From Octopus sinensis (taxonomy: Eukaryota), in contig NC_043005.1 in NCBI RefSeq assembly GCF_006345805.1, positions 31,496,001 to 31,560,000 on the forward strand: a DNA stretch of 64,000 bases, written 5' to 3'. The notes under the pieces are model-generated. The model worked only from the letters and a program-made list of their open reading frames with translations, had not been told where the DNA came from and made no database searches. The position numbers and the translations under genes are program-made. The stretch's first letter is position 1. Every line of letters begins with the position of its first letter. Positions 40,905-54,894 of this stretch are shown here, piece after piece.

Positions 40905-41906
40905 AATGGAAGCAGACCGGACTATGATAGTCTACAGCAGACGTACATCTATTTCTACTAACAATATACAGTATACACCCACACGCGCGTGCATGTACAC
41001 ATGTATATAATATATGCGTGTTGCAATTTTGCCTGGCTCTGGTTATTTATCTCCTTCAGTTTTTCCTGGAATGTCAACTAAGCATTAACTGCGAAATCTC
41101 TGTTTAATTCCGTTGTTTTTTTTTTTTTGCTTTCTCTATTTTCTTTGTGTGTGTGCGCGCGCGCGTGCATCAAAAAGGACAATACTTGTGGGAAGAAATC
41201 TGTATTTAAAAGTTATTCAAATAAATATTGTTATACATACACACGTAACATAAACACGTGCGCATACATGCACATACATACACACCCGTACACACAACAC
41301 ACCCTCCATACCCATATATCGCATCGCTGATTGAATACCATAAATCGTTGTCGCGCAACCATTCATAGGGATGATTTCTTTACAATAATTTACTTTTGCA
41401 TGCAAATCCCAACACTTCATTAAAATGCCATTGATGCAAGTCTATGTGCTTGATTCCGAATTCCTTTTACTTCCACTTCTAAAACCTGTTCATTTAATCA
41501 AAATTCAATAGTATTTAACAACTACCAGAGATGCCCGGCATTGCTCTGGATTAAAATGGAATAGTTTGTATATTACAGTATATATCCCACGTAAAATACT
41601 GTCTATGTAATCTCTAATTTTGAGACAAACTCATAATGATTTTGCGCCACCGAAAAACAAAAGAAAGCGGGCACTTTTACTGTCTAGAAGTGACACTGAA
41701 TGACAGAATGATTACGTTTGATATATATATATAGATGAGTTATAGCATATAACGTTGTTTGAAACAATATAAATTGCGTTCAGTAAATCACTATACATAT
41801 CTATCATTTCTTGCTAAAATGTCCTATTGTTTTGAATAATATCAGTGGAATTTTCGAAACATGTGTCGAAAGTAAAAGTATTTCATTTATACCTGCATTA
41901 AACTCC

Positions 41907-41956
<50 letters not shown>

Positions 41957-41968
41957 ATATATATATTA

Positions 41969-42009
<41 letters not shown>

Positions 42010-42015
42010 TATATA

Positions 42016-42071
<56 letters not shown>

Positions 42072-42174
42072 TATATACATATATATATATGTATCATTAT
42101 TCTTTTACAAAAAACAATGCAATTTTCTTTTTTTCCCCCTTTCTAATTTTTAAAAAAACTTTTTAAAACATAAA

Positions 42175-42215
42175 TATTCTTGACAAGTCATACAATGACG
42201 AAAACCGGTTGAATA
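42175..42215 (+). ncRNA. Degenerate hammerhead motif
   Basis: TATTC-TTGACAA-GTCA(TACAA)TGAC-GAAAA-CCGGTT-GAATA; stems intact, core mutated. Confidence 0.45.
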
Positions 42216-42351
42216 AATATATATTTATATATTTTATCAATTTCTCATTTTATTAAAATTTTCTTTCATTTGAGCATTCTGCATTTTTAAAAAAGATTTT
42301 TCCTTACTTATCATTTCACCACGTGCGGTCAACACAACCCCACCATTTATT

Positions 42352-42404
<53 letters not shown>

Positions 42405-42590
42405 TTATATATATATAATATATTTTATATATTATATATATATATATAATATATATTTATTTATATATATATTTATTTATATATATATTATTATATATAT
42501 ATATATATATATTATAATATATATATATATTATATATATATATATATATTTATATATTTTATATATATATATTTATATATATATTATATA

Positions 42591-42621
<31 letters not shown>

Positions 42622-42664
42622 ATATATATATAATATATTTTATATATATATATATATTTATATA

Positions 42665-44345
42665 TAACTTAGAATAACTTAGTAACTTAGAAAGGTTTTG
42701 GCCAGTATTGGCCCAGGCCATGTCTAACTTAATAGCACCACCTAGCGAAGTCTTTCAATTCAGGATTTGGGCACCGAGGCCCATTCGAGCAGAGAGTTAT
42801 TGTTTGCGGAGACATATCCGGGTGTGGGTGGTTGTCCGTGACTGTTTGAAGGAATTTGTCCAAAGACTTCTTGAATTTTGTGTGGTCAGTTTCTGTTTTG
42901 ACGTGTCGTGGTGTAACGTTGAAGAGAGCGAGTCCAATTGAGGTGAAATAATTGTGCAGTATTGTCGTTATGTGATGCGATTTAGATTTTTGTTATGGAC
43001 GGATGGCACGTGGTCCAAGCCTTGGATGTATTTTGAAGGTGATGCCAACATCATTCGGGCAGTGCTGATGGAATATTTTCCACATCATACAGATAATGTA
43101 GCGTTCACGGCGTCGTTGGAGTGAATACAGTTTCAGCTTCTCTAGTCTACCCCAGTAGTCAAGGTTTGACATGCCATCTATCTTTTTTGTGATTGACCTT
43201 TGGGGAGCTTCAATTCTCATAATATTTTGTTTCGTGTAGGGAGACCACAGTGGACAGCAGTATTCAAGGTGGGTCGGGCAAAAGTGGAGAACAGAAGGAT
43301 AATAGTGTGGGAATCTCTCGACTGGAAGGTTCTGAGAATCCAGGAACACATTCTGCGGGCCATGTCAACTTTGCTGCTTATATGTGTAGCCCAGCTTATG
43401 TTGTTGTCCACTGCTACTCCCAAGTCTCTGATGTTGTTGGACGCCATGAGAATTTCTCCAGAAGGAAGGGAGTATGGGATTTTCAGAGCGTCCTCCTTTC
43501 CAAAGTGGATCAGTTCGAATTTGTCTTCGTTTAGCAACATGTTGTTCTTTTCCGCCCTTTGGACAACAGCCAGTAGGTCTGACTGAAGGCCTATTCGGTC
43601 ATCCACGCCATTGATGACCTTCTGGAGCTTGGAATCATCAGCGAAGGTTCTGATGTTACTGTGTTTGATGGTGTCAGTAATATCATTTATGTAGATGATG
43701 AAGAGAAGTGGGCCAAACACAGTGCCTTGTGGGACACCACTGCTGACTTTGGCTGGGCTGGATTTGACTCCTTCGACTACAACATGTTGGGTTCTGTTAG
43801 ACAGGAAGCACTTGATCCACTGCAACAGCCTTCCAGTGACACCAATATTGGACAGCTTTCTCAAAAGGATCTTATGATCAACCCTGTCAAAGGCCTTGCT
43901 GAAATCAAGGTAGATGACATCAGTGTTGGAACCCTCTCCCAAGGCTCTCAAAATGTCATCAAAATGATGCAGTAGCTGCGTCAGGCAATCTCTTCCATTA
44001 CGGAATCCATGCTGGTTGGAGTTCAGCATATTATGACTCTCAAGGAAGTTAGTCATACGCGATCTCAGCACTCTCTCAAATACCTTAATGATATGAGAGG
44101 TGAATGAGATTGGACGGTAATTCACGGCAAGCGATTTGTTTCCTTTTTTGAAAACTGGGACAACAGACTGGGATAGGTCTTCTGGTATATATCCAGCATC
44201 CAGTGAGTTCCGCCACAGATTGGCTAGAGGGGGTGCAAGTTGATTTTGACACATCTTCAAGACACAAGCAGGGAACCTATCGGGACCTACTGCTGAATTA
44301 TGCTTCATTTCCTTTATTGCTGCTATATACAAATCCGACGAACGG
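42665..44345 (-). mobile_element. CR1-like LINE, 5'-truncated, with CTAAGTTA-type repeat tail
   Basis: ORF 43217..44332: NYRPISFTS, QHGFRNGR, YLDFSKAFDRV, SGVPQG, FADD; one frameshift; tail at 42665-42692. Confidence 0.9.
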
Positions 44346-44727
44346 GAACGTGAAACTCTGAGTAATAGCTTTTGTCATATTTCTGCTACTTTTAAATAAA
44401 GTATATATATATATATATATATATATATCACCATGACCGTGACCTACCAGGCTATCAGATGTTGCTACACATCACTGGTCACAATGCGCTTCGCATTGTT
44501 TTAGCCTTCAAATGACGCCACCCCGCTGGCTAAGCGAGCAGGCCAATATATATATATATTATTTCTAAATCTCCTAGAGATTTATACAGTAGCAGCACGA
44601 TAAAGTGATGGTATGTTGCCAACTTAAGGTGGTAGTCCCATGAAAGGGAAGAATGCTACTGCTATTTAGTCCTAGGAAACACTGTTTCCAGTTGGCCATG
44701 ACAAATTTTTCCTTAAGTTTTCAAAGG

Positions 44728-44764
44728 GGAGACTAGTTTCAGAGTCATTACTCATCATCAGTCC
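44728..44764 (-). ncRNA. Minimal hammerhead motif
   Basis: RC GGA-CTGATGA-T-GAG-TAATGA-CTC-T-GAAAC-TA-GTC-TCC; stem III ACTAGT; GUC. Confidence 0.5.
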
Positions 44765-44959
44765 GGAGTAGCATGTAATATTTCTATTTTTGAAATCAGT
44801 GAATGTATTTCACTTGAAATCTATGTTTTCAAAGGTGAATAAGCATGATTAATATTAAGCATGATACTCAAATGATACAAAATTCTGCAGGAAATGAAAT
44901 AATTTCAACCACAAATGCAGTTACCACAGAAGTCTAAACCGCTTTATGGATTTATGAGA

Positions 44960-47480
44960 ACTCAGCAACGCCCTCCAACCAGCATATTGGAACTGTGACG
45001 AGTAGCACTATGCAAATTATTGTCCGTACAAGATTTTATCAACTAAACAAAAAGCCAAGAATGCTTCCAACCAGCCATCGGTTATCAAAGGAAAAATATG
45101 TTTTTATTCACACAGAAACTCGATTCCGATTCATTCGGGATTCTATTACATTAATGAGAATTTTTACCTGGACATCCTCGGAAAAGCCTGGATTGAGAAA
45201 TTTGGATTATGGAATATACCACGAAGTAAAGTAATACATACCATTTTAAATAGGACTGGCAGTGTTGATGCTGAACATGTTACATACACTAACCATATCG
45301 GAAATTTTCAGCAAGAATTCATGCAAATTTTAACAGTTGACTTAAGATTTTGCTCAAAACTTATTACATCTTTGTATCTTAAACCAAATGCCAGACCTGT
45401 TTTCAAGCCAAAGCGTTTAGTACCTTATGTTTCATTACTGCTAGTTGAAAACAAGCTGGGTAGATTAGAAAATTTGAATGTTATAAAAAAAGTGAATTAT
45501 TCATAAGTGTTATAGTGAAAAAAAACCAAAACAACATAAAGAGCGTACAAAGAATCTCTTGAAACGAATTAAGGAGTATAGTCTTCGTCTAGAACCAAAA
45601 AATGCCAACTTTTTCTTCCTTAATTAGCATATTTAGGTTTTGTCATGAATAAAAATGGACGTATTCCAGATCCGGAGAAAACGACTATTATCAGGAAGTT
45701 ATCGTCACTCATAGTCGTGTTTAAACTGCATTATTTTTAGGAATGATTAGTTATTAAAGCTTATTTATACCTAACATGCATCAAATAAGGGGTCCACTCA
45801 TTACTTGTTAGGAACGCGAAATGGGACTGGTCTGTACAATGTTAAAAAGCATTCGAGAATTCAAAGAATTACTATCTTTTGATCAGACATTGATTCAGAT
45901 TGATACAAGTATGGAGATTATCGTTGCTGCAGATGTAACAGGTTATTGAATAAGAGCAGTACTCTTGCATAAAATGGTTGATGGATCCCATAAGCCAATT
46001 ATGCATGCTTTAAAATGTCTATCAAAATTTGAAAGGAAATATTCACAAATAGAAAATGGAGCATTGGCACTCGTTTATACAGTACAGAAATGTTATCGCA
46101 TGATACAAGGCAGAATGTTCACTCTTCAAACCGACCATAGACCACCCTTGAAAATGTTTCGTTCAAAATCTGGAATCTCGGTATATACAGTGAATTGTTT
46201 GCAATGTTGGGAAACTATTCTTTTGGGCTACAATTTCAATATAAGTTATGCAACAACTTTATCGTTTGCTTATGCAGATAGTCTTTCACACTTAACCGAA
46301 TACCCAGCAATGACAGAAGACATCGTAATTGCTAATATAAGTATTGAAGCTGAGACCCATCAAGTGCTAATGGATTCAATAAAATTTATACCTGTTAGTT
46401 TACAGCTGGTAATACAAAAAAACCATTAAATTAATCTGTTCTACATGAATTTATTAAATATCATAGGTATGGTTGGATAGAAAAAGTCTGCAATAAAGAT
46501 ATGCAACTATTTTATTTGAAGCGTGATTATGTCTCAGTTGCTGATAACTTTTTAATGATGGCTAATCATACTGTTATCCTAAACAATCTTAAAAAGTCGG
46601 TACTTTACCAATTTCACACACATCATCCAAGAATTTCAAGAATGAAAGCTTTAGCAAGATATTTCAATTATTGTCCAGGACCTGTGCAAGCATGTTCGAA
46701 ATGTGTAAAAGCCTCAAAATTACCTATTCAGATAAATACTCTTTAGTCAGTTCCAAAAGCACTCGGGTCTAGATTACACATAAATTTTGCAGGACCTCAT
46801 TATGGCAACTACATTTTTATTGTGGTTAATGCATTGTCTAAATGGCTGGAGGTATTCATTATGAGTCAAACAACAACTTCAGCCACAATACAAAAAGCCA
46901 CGTCAAGTTTTTTCAAGATTTGGGTTATCAGAAGTTTTAGCATCGGATAACGGTTCACAACTCACTTCACTAGAATTCATAATATTTTGTAATCATGTAA
47001 GACCTCCTTCTTTCATCCTCAATCTAACGGGTTAGCAGAAAGATTCTTGGATACTCTTAAACGACCATTACTCAAAATTGAGGGGATTTGGTAAGTTATA
47101 AAAGAAAGTTTGCAACTCTTATCAATGAACTACAGAATAACACCGAATGCTGCTGAGCCTGGGGAAAAGTCACCTGCAGAAATAATGTTTCAGAGAAAAA
47201 TTCGCAGTCCTTTTGATATGATGAAACCTAGAAATGCAAAGCATTCACGAAAATTAACTAGTATAACAAGGTACAGGCGGGGAGATCTAGTATATGTACT
47301 TGATACTCGACCAGGCCATCCCAAGTGGCAAGATAGTCAGATGATAAAGCAGAGAAGTAACGTCATATATAAAGACCTTTCACCATAGTATGGCACGTTA
47401 ACCAGAAGAGAAAGAGCCGTCATTACAATTATTTATGAATCAAGATCAAGGAAATACGAAAAATCAAGTTATTCGAACTC
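44960..47480 (+). mobile_element. Gypsy (Mag-like) LTR retrotransposon internal remnant, no LTRs seen
   Basis: Knuckle-like WNCDE*HYANYCP; ARPVFKPKRLVPY; RNase H YSQIENGALAL..TLQTDHRPP; integrase HPRISRMKALAR, SDNGSQ, HPQSNGLAERF. Confidence 0.85.
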
Positions 47481-47639
47481 AATTAGAAACTACTTCATTA
47501 AATTTGATAGAAAACCTGCTGAGCACATACAAAAAGGATGCGTGGCGTTCGATCATATAATAATATAATTAATATATAAATATATGCATATATATACATA
47601 CATATATGTACATACCTACATATATATGTATATATACAG

Positions 47640-48170
47640 GCATATATGGGTACAGGACATAAAAAAACGTTGAACACAATGAGAAATGAAAACAAAAACA
47701 AAAACATAGAAACGAACTTTGTTTCAAACAACGAAAAACACAGAGTACAAGACATACAACACAAGGAATATTCCCCTTCTTCAGTTGTCCTTGTTTCGTC
47801 TACTCCGCGTTTCGAAGGATATTTCGAACGCTTAAGGAGACAGCTTAAGCTGTCTCCTTCAGCGTTCAAAATAATGTTTCCATCGTCTTGGTTTAACTGC
47901 CCTCATCGTTTGTTTTTATTGTTTTATTCTCATTGTTCTATCTTTTACTGTTTTTACTTTTTTATTGTTTTTACTATCTTGTTTTATTCTTACTGTCCTG
48001 TTCATGTTACCACTTTTACTCTCCGCAAAAAATCCCAAATTTTATTTAATTTGCTTTGCGGTTAGGACTGTTTCAACGAAGTCGCGTCTTGTTCTTACCT
48101 TCTCAATGTGTAGTAACCATTTCTTTTGGCTAAAAATAAAGTACTCCTTTTGTTCTTAAAATATCAGGTG
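47640..48170. repeat. Probable Penelope-type terminal-repeat remnant containing a 26-bp perfect palindrome
   Basis: AAGGAGACAGCTTAAGCTGTCTCCTT at about 47835-47860; A-rich/T-rich layout like other such repeats. Confidence 0.35.
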
Positions 48171-49135
48171 ACAGAAAGAATTAATAATTACCAAGAAGAA
48201 TTTTCACGGAATGATAACGATACCTACTTGTAGCACTTCAAGAGCAGAAAGGGTGTTCCTCAGAGATTATGATACCATTGTAACAAATAGGAGCGTCTTT
48301 CAGAGTCTTTGAACTCTTGGTAATTAATATTTGATCATTTATGCCCTTTGTCTTAATTTCAGATAATTAATAATCTATAGTTTGTAATAGTGGAACCAGG
48401 AAATGAAGAATTTCCTCGAAAGGTTTTCAAATTTAGGAAAAACAATTCTTTTTAATTTGCAACTGAAAGTCAGAAATTTGCTTCAGAGATGCTAAGGTTT
48501 CGATTCCGAAAAAACATTCTACTTCGTATTTGTTTTCTTTAAGTGGCATCAGAAAACGAGAAAGTCATTTAATTCTTCAACTAAAGTGATTCGAATTGTA
48601 TGGAATAAGAATTTTCGTTTCTAATGACAATATTCTAAAAGAAAACCAAATTTATAAACGAAATATAAAATACTGTGAAACATTTTAATGAAAACGTAAT
48701 GTATTACCCATTACCAGTAAAATATTACCTTCTTTTCGTTTAGTCTTTTAATGAATACAATAGTCCTGGTTCGTAAGACGGATTTACAAGAAGATGAATT
48801 TCAATGATTTAAATACAGTAAGATATGTTATGGTGGATGTAAATGACCGATCATTCATTTTAAAGATGCAAGAGAAATATTAACTAGATTGTGAAACATT
48901 TGCAAAGTGTTCAAGAGAGAAAAGTTTGAAATTTCGAAGGAAACAATGCGAATTTTGGTGCTGCCAAAACTCTATATATGTTTGGAAATTCGCTTTCAGT
49001 CTTCATTTAAACTGAATGACATTAGGAACTTCTTACAGACAATATTGATTCCATTCTATGTGTCATATGTTAGAAATGTCGAAATAAGTAAAGTGGAAGC
49101 GTTTTTAAACTGCTAATTTTGAAAGATTCTATATA

Positions 49136-50379
49136 GAGGAGACCGGATCTAGTTGTTACACGGGTAAGTTGTTACAAGCCCATATTTTCCAACTTCAAGA
49201 AATAGGTGGCACTCGGGTCTCTACCTCGTGAAGGCCAACTCCATAGCATCATGACTGCACATGTGTATTGCACTAGCGGGCTGTCACTAGAAAAGGCATG
49301 GCTCAAAAAATGATTTTTCACTCCATAAGTGAAATTTTGCCACAAAGTTATTTTCGTAACTACTAAAGCACAAGTGGTGTTACTGAAGTAGTTTGTGGCT
49401 CATTAGGAAGTGTTGTAAGTTGCCTTCGATACATGAAAGTGTGTCCTGGTTGACATACATCGTTAGTGCTGTGTACGAGGTAATCCACAGAAATCCATTG
49501 TCTGGGGTAATTGTTACAGTGTATCAACTTACCCCAGGCATGTAACAACTTACTCCTATTTCAGTTTAACACGCCAAGCCTAGAGATTATAAAAGGAAGT
49601 CTAGAAGGGAGGATACACCTTCTGATGTCATGGAAAGAGCCGCCAGAAAAGTAGCGGATGAAAAGCAATCATTACGAGATGTTGCCGTAAAACAGCGCAT
49701 AGTGGATAAAATAAACGAACGGAAATCCAAACCAAAGAAGGCAACCGGTACAGAAAAGGCAACAAAAAGGAAGGGAAAAATCAACTAAAACAGGTAAAGG
49801 AAAGGGAAGCAGCTTCGCAGCAAGCCAGTCGCCGATTGGAAATGCCTTGTCTGCTCAGAATGGTATTCCAACTCCCTTCCAGGTGAAGAATGTGTATAGT
49901 ACATGATCTGTAAAGACTGGGCACACACTCGATGGACGTCAGGACTTTTTGTGTGATTTGTGTGGTGAGAAGTTAATGGAGGACGAATCCGACTAGATGG
50001 CACATGTAACAACGGGGATATTGGCTAATGAGGACTCTCAGTACCACAGTTAAGATATGAGATGGTTCAAAGCACATTTGATTAATTAAAATAATACTTG
50101 TTTGTTAACATAATTCCAAGTTATCGACATTTGTAACAAAGTACCCCAATAAGTGTCACAACGTACCCTACACTCGGAGAAAATGGTTACAGCTGACACC
50201 ACCTCATTAATTAGAGCCTGTCTAATTAATGTTATATAATTTCTGCTTTTTGCTGATGATAACAATAAATAGAGATGTATAATTAATTAAATCTGCAAAG
50301 GAACTTCAGCTGTGTTCATTTATGTGGGTTCTAAGACAAAACAAAAAGAGAAAACGTAACAACTAGATCCGGTCTCCCC
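49136..50379 (+). mobile_element. Internally deleted pogo-like DNA transposon
   Basis: 24-bp TIRs G(A/G)GGAGACCGGATCTAGTTGTTAC with TA on both sides; N-terminal PRDYKRK..MERAARKV..SLRDVA joined to PHD-like CLVC..C..WAH..VCDLC. Confidence 0.8.
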
Positions 50380-52563
50380 TATATTCGTCATTTATTAACG
50401 ATTGTGATTCTCTTCTATTGTAGTGTCTGGATAGATACAACACATCTGTGGTTAATATAACACTAGAAATGTGTGTAGAAGTAGTTACACGATACTTATT
50501 TCTCAACACAGAAGAGACGGAAGATTTCAGGCATTATACAAGTACCAAAGTAATTAGGATTCTTTCGAAGGAATAGTTATTTCTCTGAGAATAGACTAAT
50601 TTTTTTTTTCATTTACGAGTTATTCTATCAACTAACACATATTCTAGAACTAACACATATTACCATAAATACCATAATTGTTAAACAGCTAGAATCATCA
50701 TGGTTATTCTGTCTATACACAACACCTAATGGATATTAATGGACATCCATTCAGTACATCTATTCTAAACTGAAGCAGTAAGGAAGAGAAATTAAATGTT
50801 TATGATCCACATATCTCTCTTTGTTATATATGCCATGATTACCTGCCCATACCGTGATATTAAAGCAGAAACGAATGAGGTGAACAATGTTACGGACGAT
50901 GCTCTTGATAGTTAACTTTGTGTTTGTTTGGCCCAACTATTCGTTTGCAAATATATAAACCTATAAATATATCTTTTCGTGATTTTTGTATTCCGTTTTT
51001 TGCATGAAATACAGTATTAAATTTTGTGAAGCGCTAGATAACCTCGCTTCAGCTTGTCTTTTGTCTATTTCCTCGGTTTTAAATACTGCATAGACAATCC
51101 TAAAGAACCGACCTACCATGCTTCTTTCCACACATCAAATAAGGTCACTTCTAATTTTTGTTTTGAGAGCAATTCCAAAGCCCTGCTATTTTTTAGAATG
51201 TACAATTTTGTGCTTTCTTCCTTGTTAATTTTCAGATATAAATTTCGAGTACGGCGAAACACTCTCACTCGCTTCACTGACTTTTGGCAAATTACTTTCT
51301 GTTGCATAAGTTTTGTCATATCCAGGTTTTCTGTTTCACGAGAAACGCAACCAAAATTGCCGCTTCCGTAAACATACTTGGTTACATTTTCTCCCGGGGT
51401 GTGTGTGTGTGTGTGTGTGTGTGTTAATTGCAAAGTTTTGTTAAGTCTATATCTTTCATTGTTATAAGTTATAAGTTATAAATATTATAATTCATAACCT
51501 TTTGGATTGCTAGCAATTCATTATCTTCCCTTACAGTTACCCCTTTTCAGGGATATATGAAAATAAAAATGCTTCCATTTCAACTCCTGCTAAATCCTTC
51601 CAGTATATAATATATATCTTCACTGTACACCTCAACGCATTACGTTGCTCTGGATACACCACTTAACATTATTAACTTTATTGCAGCAGCATGGATATCT
51701 CTATCTAATCACTCAACAACTGTCGCCTCAAACCATATCTTCGTAGTTTAAAACAGGAACAGTACATTGGATGATGTAATAGTGGTTGATTTAATTGAAA
51801 ATAAGATGTGGAGTACTTTGATAGAACGCTTTGGTCATAGATCTTATTGGTCAAAGATGCCCTCGAACTAAAATAAGTTTCACAGTTTACACAAATAACC
51901 TTTGAAGTCTGTGTGAAACCTGCTGAAGCTGAATCGTTTTATTTGGATCACGAAAACCTAAATGTCACAATTTTTTCCCTTCCATTGAAATCATTGGGGT
52001 TTATACCACATTGTTGGAAGCGGATTATTAGGAACAAAAAAAGCAAAAAATGTATTCAATATTTAGGTAAATACGTATTATTTTAATTACGGATATTGGG
52101 AACGAAATAAGACGAGAATAAATTATTTTAAGAACTAAAGTAATTGAAGTTGAAATAAACAAGACCCGATCTACTTAAAAATGATAAATATAAAAAAAGT
52201 GAACTATGCAAACTCTTGTTACGTTTAGTAATTTAAAAATAGAAGGAATAAAAGACTTTTGTTGAATAAATTTATTTGAGAATCGTCGAACAACAAAATA
52301 TTGCAATATGTCAAAAGCTATTTTTCATATTTGTTTTTCATTTTCAGTTTCACTTTCCATTCAATATTCTCGCATTCTAATCTCATAACTTTAATGAATT
52401 CCTTTATGTTTCTGACAAGTGGAGTTGATATTCAAATTTTTGAATATTTTTAATACATTGTATTGTATTTTATTTTCAGAATCATCATCATCATCTTCAT
52501 CATTATTCATGATTTGAGAAATACAACTGATTCCTTTCTTCGATAGAATTATGTATATCTTGG

Positions 52564-52609
<46 letters not shown>

Positions 52610-52615
<6 letters not shown>

Positions 52616-54498
52616 GTTTAATTTTGCTTTGTATTTGTACAAGTTGACTCCAAGTCTCGCCCAGAGATCTCAAGAGACAACAAGTTAGAAGTTCAAGTTG
52701 GTGTTATGCTTAGGGTGTCATATATTTGGTTTTGCACATAGTATTGTTCTAGAGAAGGTTTAAGAAAACATAAGAAAACTATAAGTTTGTTTTAAAATTT
52801 GAGATTACATAGATAGTATTTTGCGTAGGTTATGGGCAGTTTATATGAGCACTATCTTTTGAATTTCCGCTATTTTGTGGTTTCCTGGTATCTGAGCTAG
52901 GTAGCAATCAGCCTCTTTTACTATTATTCCTAGGGCACCTATGACAACAGGTATTGTTTTACTCATGAGGTTCCACATTTTGCCAATTTCTCTTTCAAGA
53001 TCTTCATACTTGCTCAGTTTTTGGTAGGTCTTGACAGATACATCTATGTCCATCAGTTATATCAATGAGGAGGAATGATTTTTGCCTCAAGTCCTTCAAT
53101 ATAATATCTGGCCTATTCGCATCTATCTTTCTGTCAGTTTGAACGGTGAAGTTCCAAAGGAGTGAGATGTAATCACTTTCAAGCACTGAAGGTGGTTTGT
53201 GTTCCCACCAATTTTTATCATGGAGCAGGTTCAGGTTTTTGCAAATTACCTAGTGAATATATTGTGCTGTTCTATTATGCCTATTGAGATACACTGTAGA
53301 CTGCACATGGAGACAACATGATTGATGGTTTCATTTTGTTGTTTACATACACGACATGTATGCTTTCTTGTTTTCGTGATTTAAGACAAGCTTTAACATC
53401 CGGTGATCAGAGTTTTTCAGATTGCTGTTTAGGACATCTGTGACAATCTTCATTGTTAATTCAAGTTGTAAAAGTCCACAGCCACCCTCATTTCTTGGCA
53501 TGTAAACTCGTTCTGTATCTGACTTAGGGTGGTGCATTCTATGCATTGTCAACAATTTTGGTATTTTTCTGTCATGATTACATGTTTCAGTAATTGACCA
53601 GTTAATTATATTGAAACTGTTAGACAGGACCGGTATGACTATACTATTGATCGCTTCCATCCTGTTTCTTGCATTCAGCTCTATCTTGAGTATTGCTCTT
53701 ACCCTGCAATAACATGCCCTTCTGATCCTTTCCCTCCTCACTTAATGTTTGAATCCATCCCCTTCAAATTTTCCCTAGGTATTTGTAGCTAGTAAGCCCT
53801 GTAATTGTTGGTCATTTTTTGCAAAGAGCTTTAATTCATCTATGTAAAAGAGATGGTTTATATTTTTATCAAGCATTTTATAACCGTATTGTACATCATT
53901 GAGCAATTTCGTGAGAGGTATCAAGGCTAGACAAAAGGAGGAATGGTGATAGAGAGTCGTCCTGGAAAATGCTACATGAAATTCTTACATCTCCAGCAAT
54001 GAGAGATTCATTGTCACTGTTCAATGTCTATGATCTCATACTTATAGACAAGAAATTTCGCAGAGTAGGTGAGATTTTACACATTCCAGACATTTCTTAA
54101 TCGAGCTAAGTGGTAGACTTTCAAGTTGTTTTATAGTATACCCAGGCTATCCACAAGTTTGTAACAATCTTTCAAGATCATCTTTACAATCATAGGACCC
54201 ATGTTTACATCCTTTTTGCTCATTAAAGGATAAGCCACTTTCTATTAAAAAACCATAGATATATTAAGTCAAGACAGATGTCAGCATTTTATACATTGTT
54301 GTTAACCAGATTATAGGTCTATAATATTTTTGTTCATTTGTTTCTTCATGATTTGAAAGTAGGAATAAAACACCATTATCTAGTTAATCATAGTTTCTAT
54401 GATGCTATCGGTATCAAGTATGGTTTTCATATTATATTTTTCTTTAATTTTCAGATATTTGTTGGTTTGATAGTCCTGTAAAACATCATTGAGCAATT
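52610..54498 (-). mobile_element. Old R4/Dong-like LINE, degenerate, 3' end at (TAA)n
   Basis: MHHPKSDTERVYMPRNEGGCGL, LWNFTVQTDRKIDANRPDI, IPVVIGALG; (TTA)n at 52566-52612. Confidence 0.85.
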
Positions 54499-54839
54499 AA
54501 CGTAAACAAACAAACGAAGTTTGCTTTAGAAGCGTTGAGATGTCTTAGAAAGTTAAACATTTTTCAGACTTTCTTTATTATCTCCCCATGACCATTTTTC
54601 ATGCTTTTTCTTTTGGTTATTTGATGACGAGCGCCGATGGCCATCTGTTGGAATATTCCGGTTGTGAGGTACTTCCAGCTCCTCTGTTTCGGGAGGTATG
54701 ATGAGCTTGGGCGTTGACATTAGGTTACAGATCTGTCTGTTTAGGGTTAATGTTTTGAGACAACACCGTCTCCGAGTTCTCTGAATACAAACCTTGCTCG
54801 TAACGTAGCCTCTTAAGGCTAACACATCTGTATTCGTCT

Positions 54840-54893
<54 letters not shown>

Positions 54894-54894
<1 letters not shown>

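Noticed and set aside
47760-47870. Hammerhead on the minus strand (CTGAAGA-AGGGGAATATTCCTT)
   Set aside because: GAAA does not follow the stem and the elements are out of order
50843-51433. Minus-strand exon pair and 106-aa ORF
   Set aside because: The ORF starts in a (CA)n tract, the downstream exon-like segment has stops in all three frames, and the peptide is unrecognised
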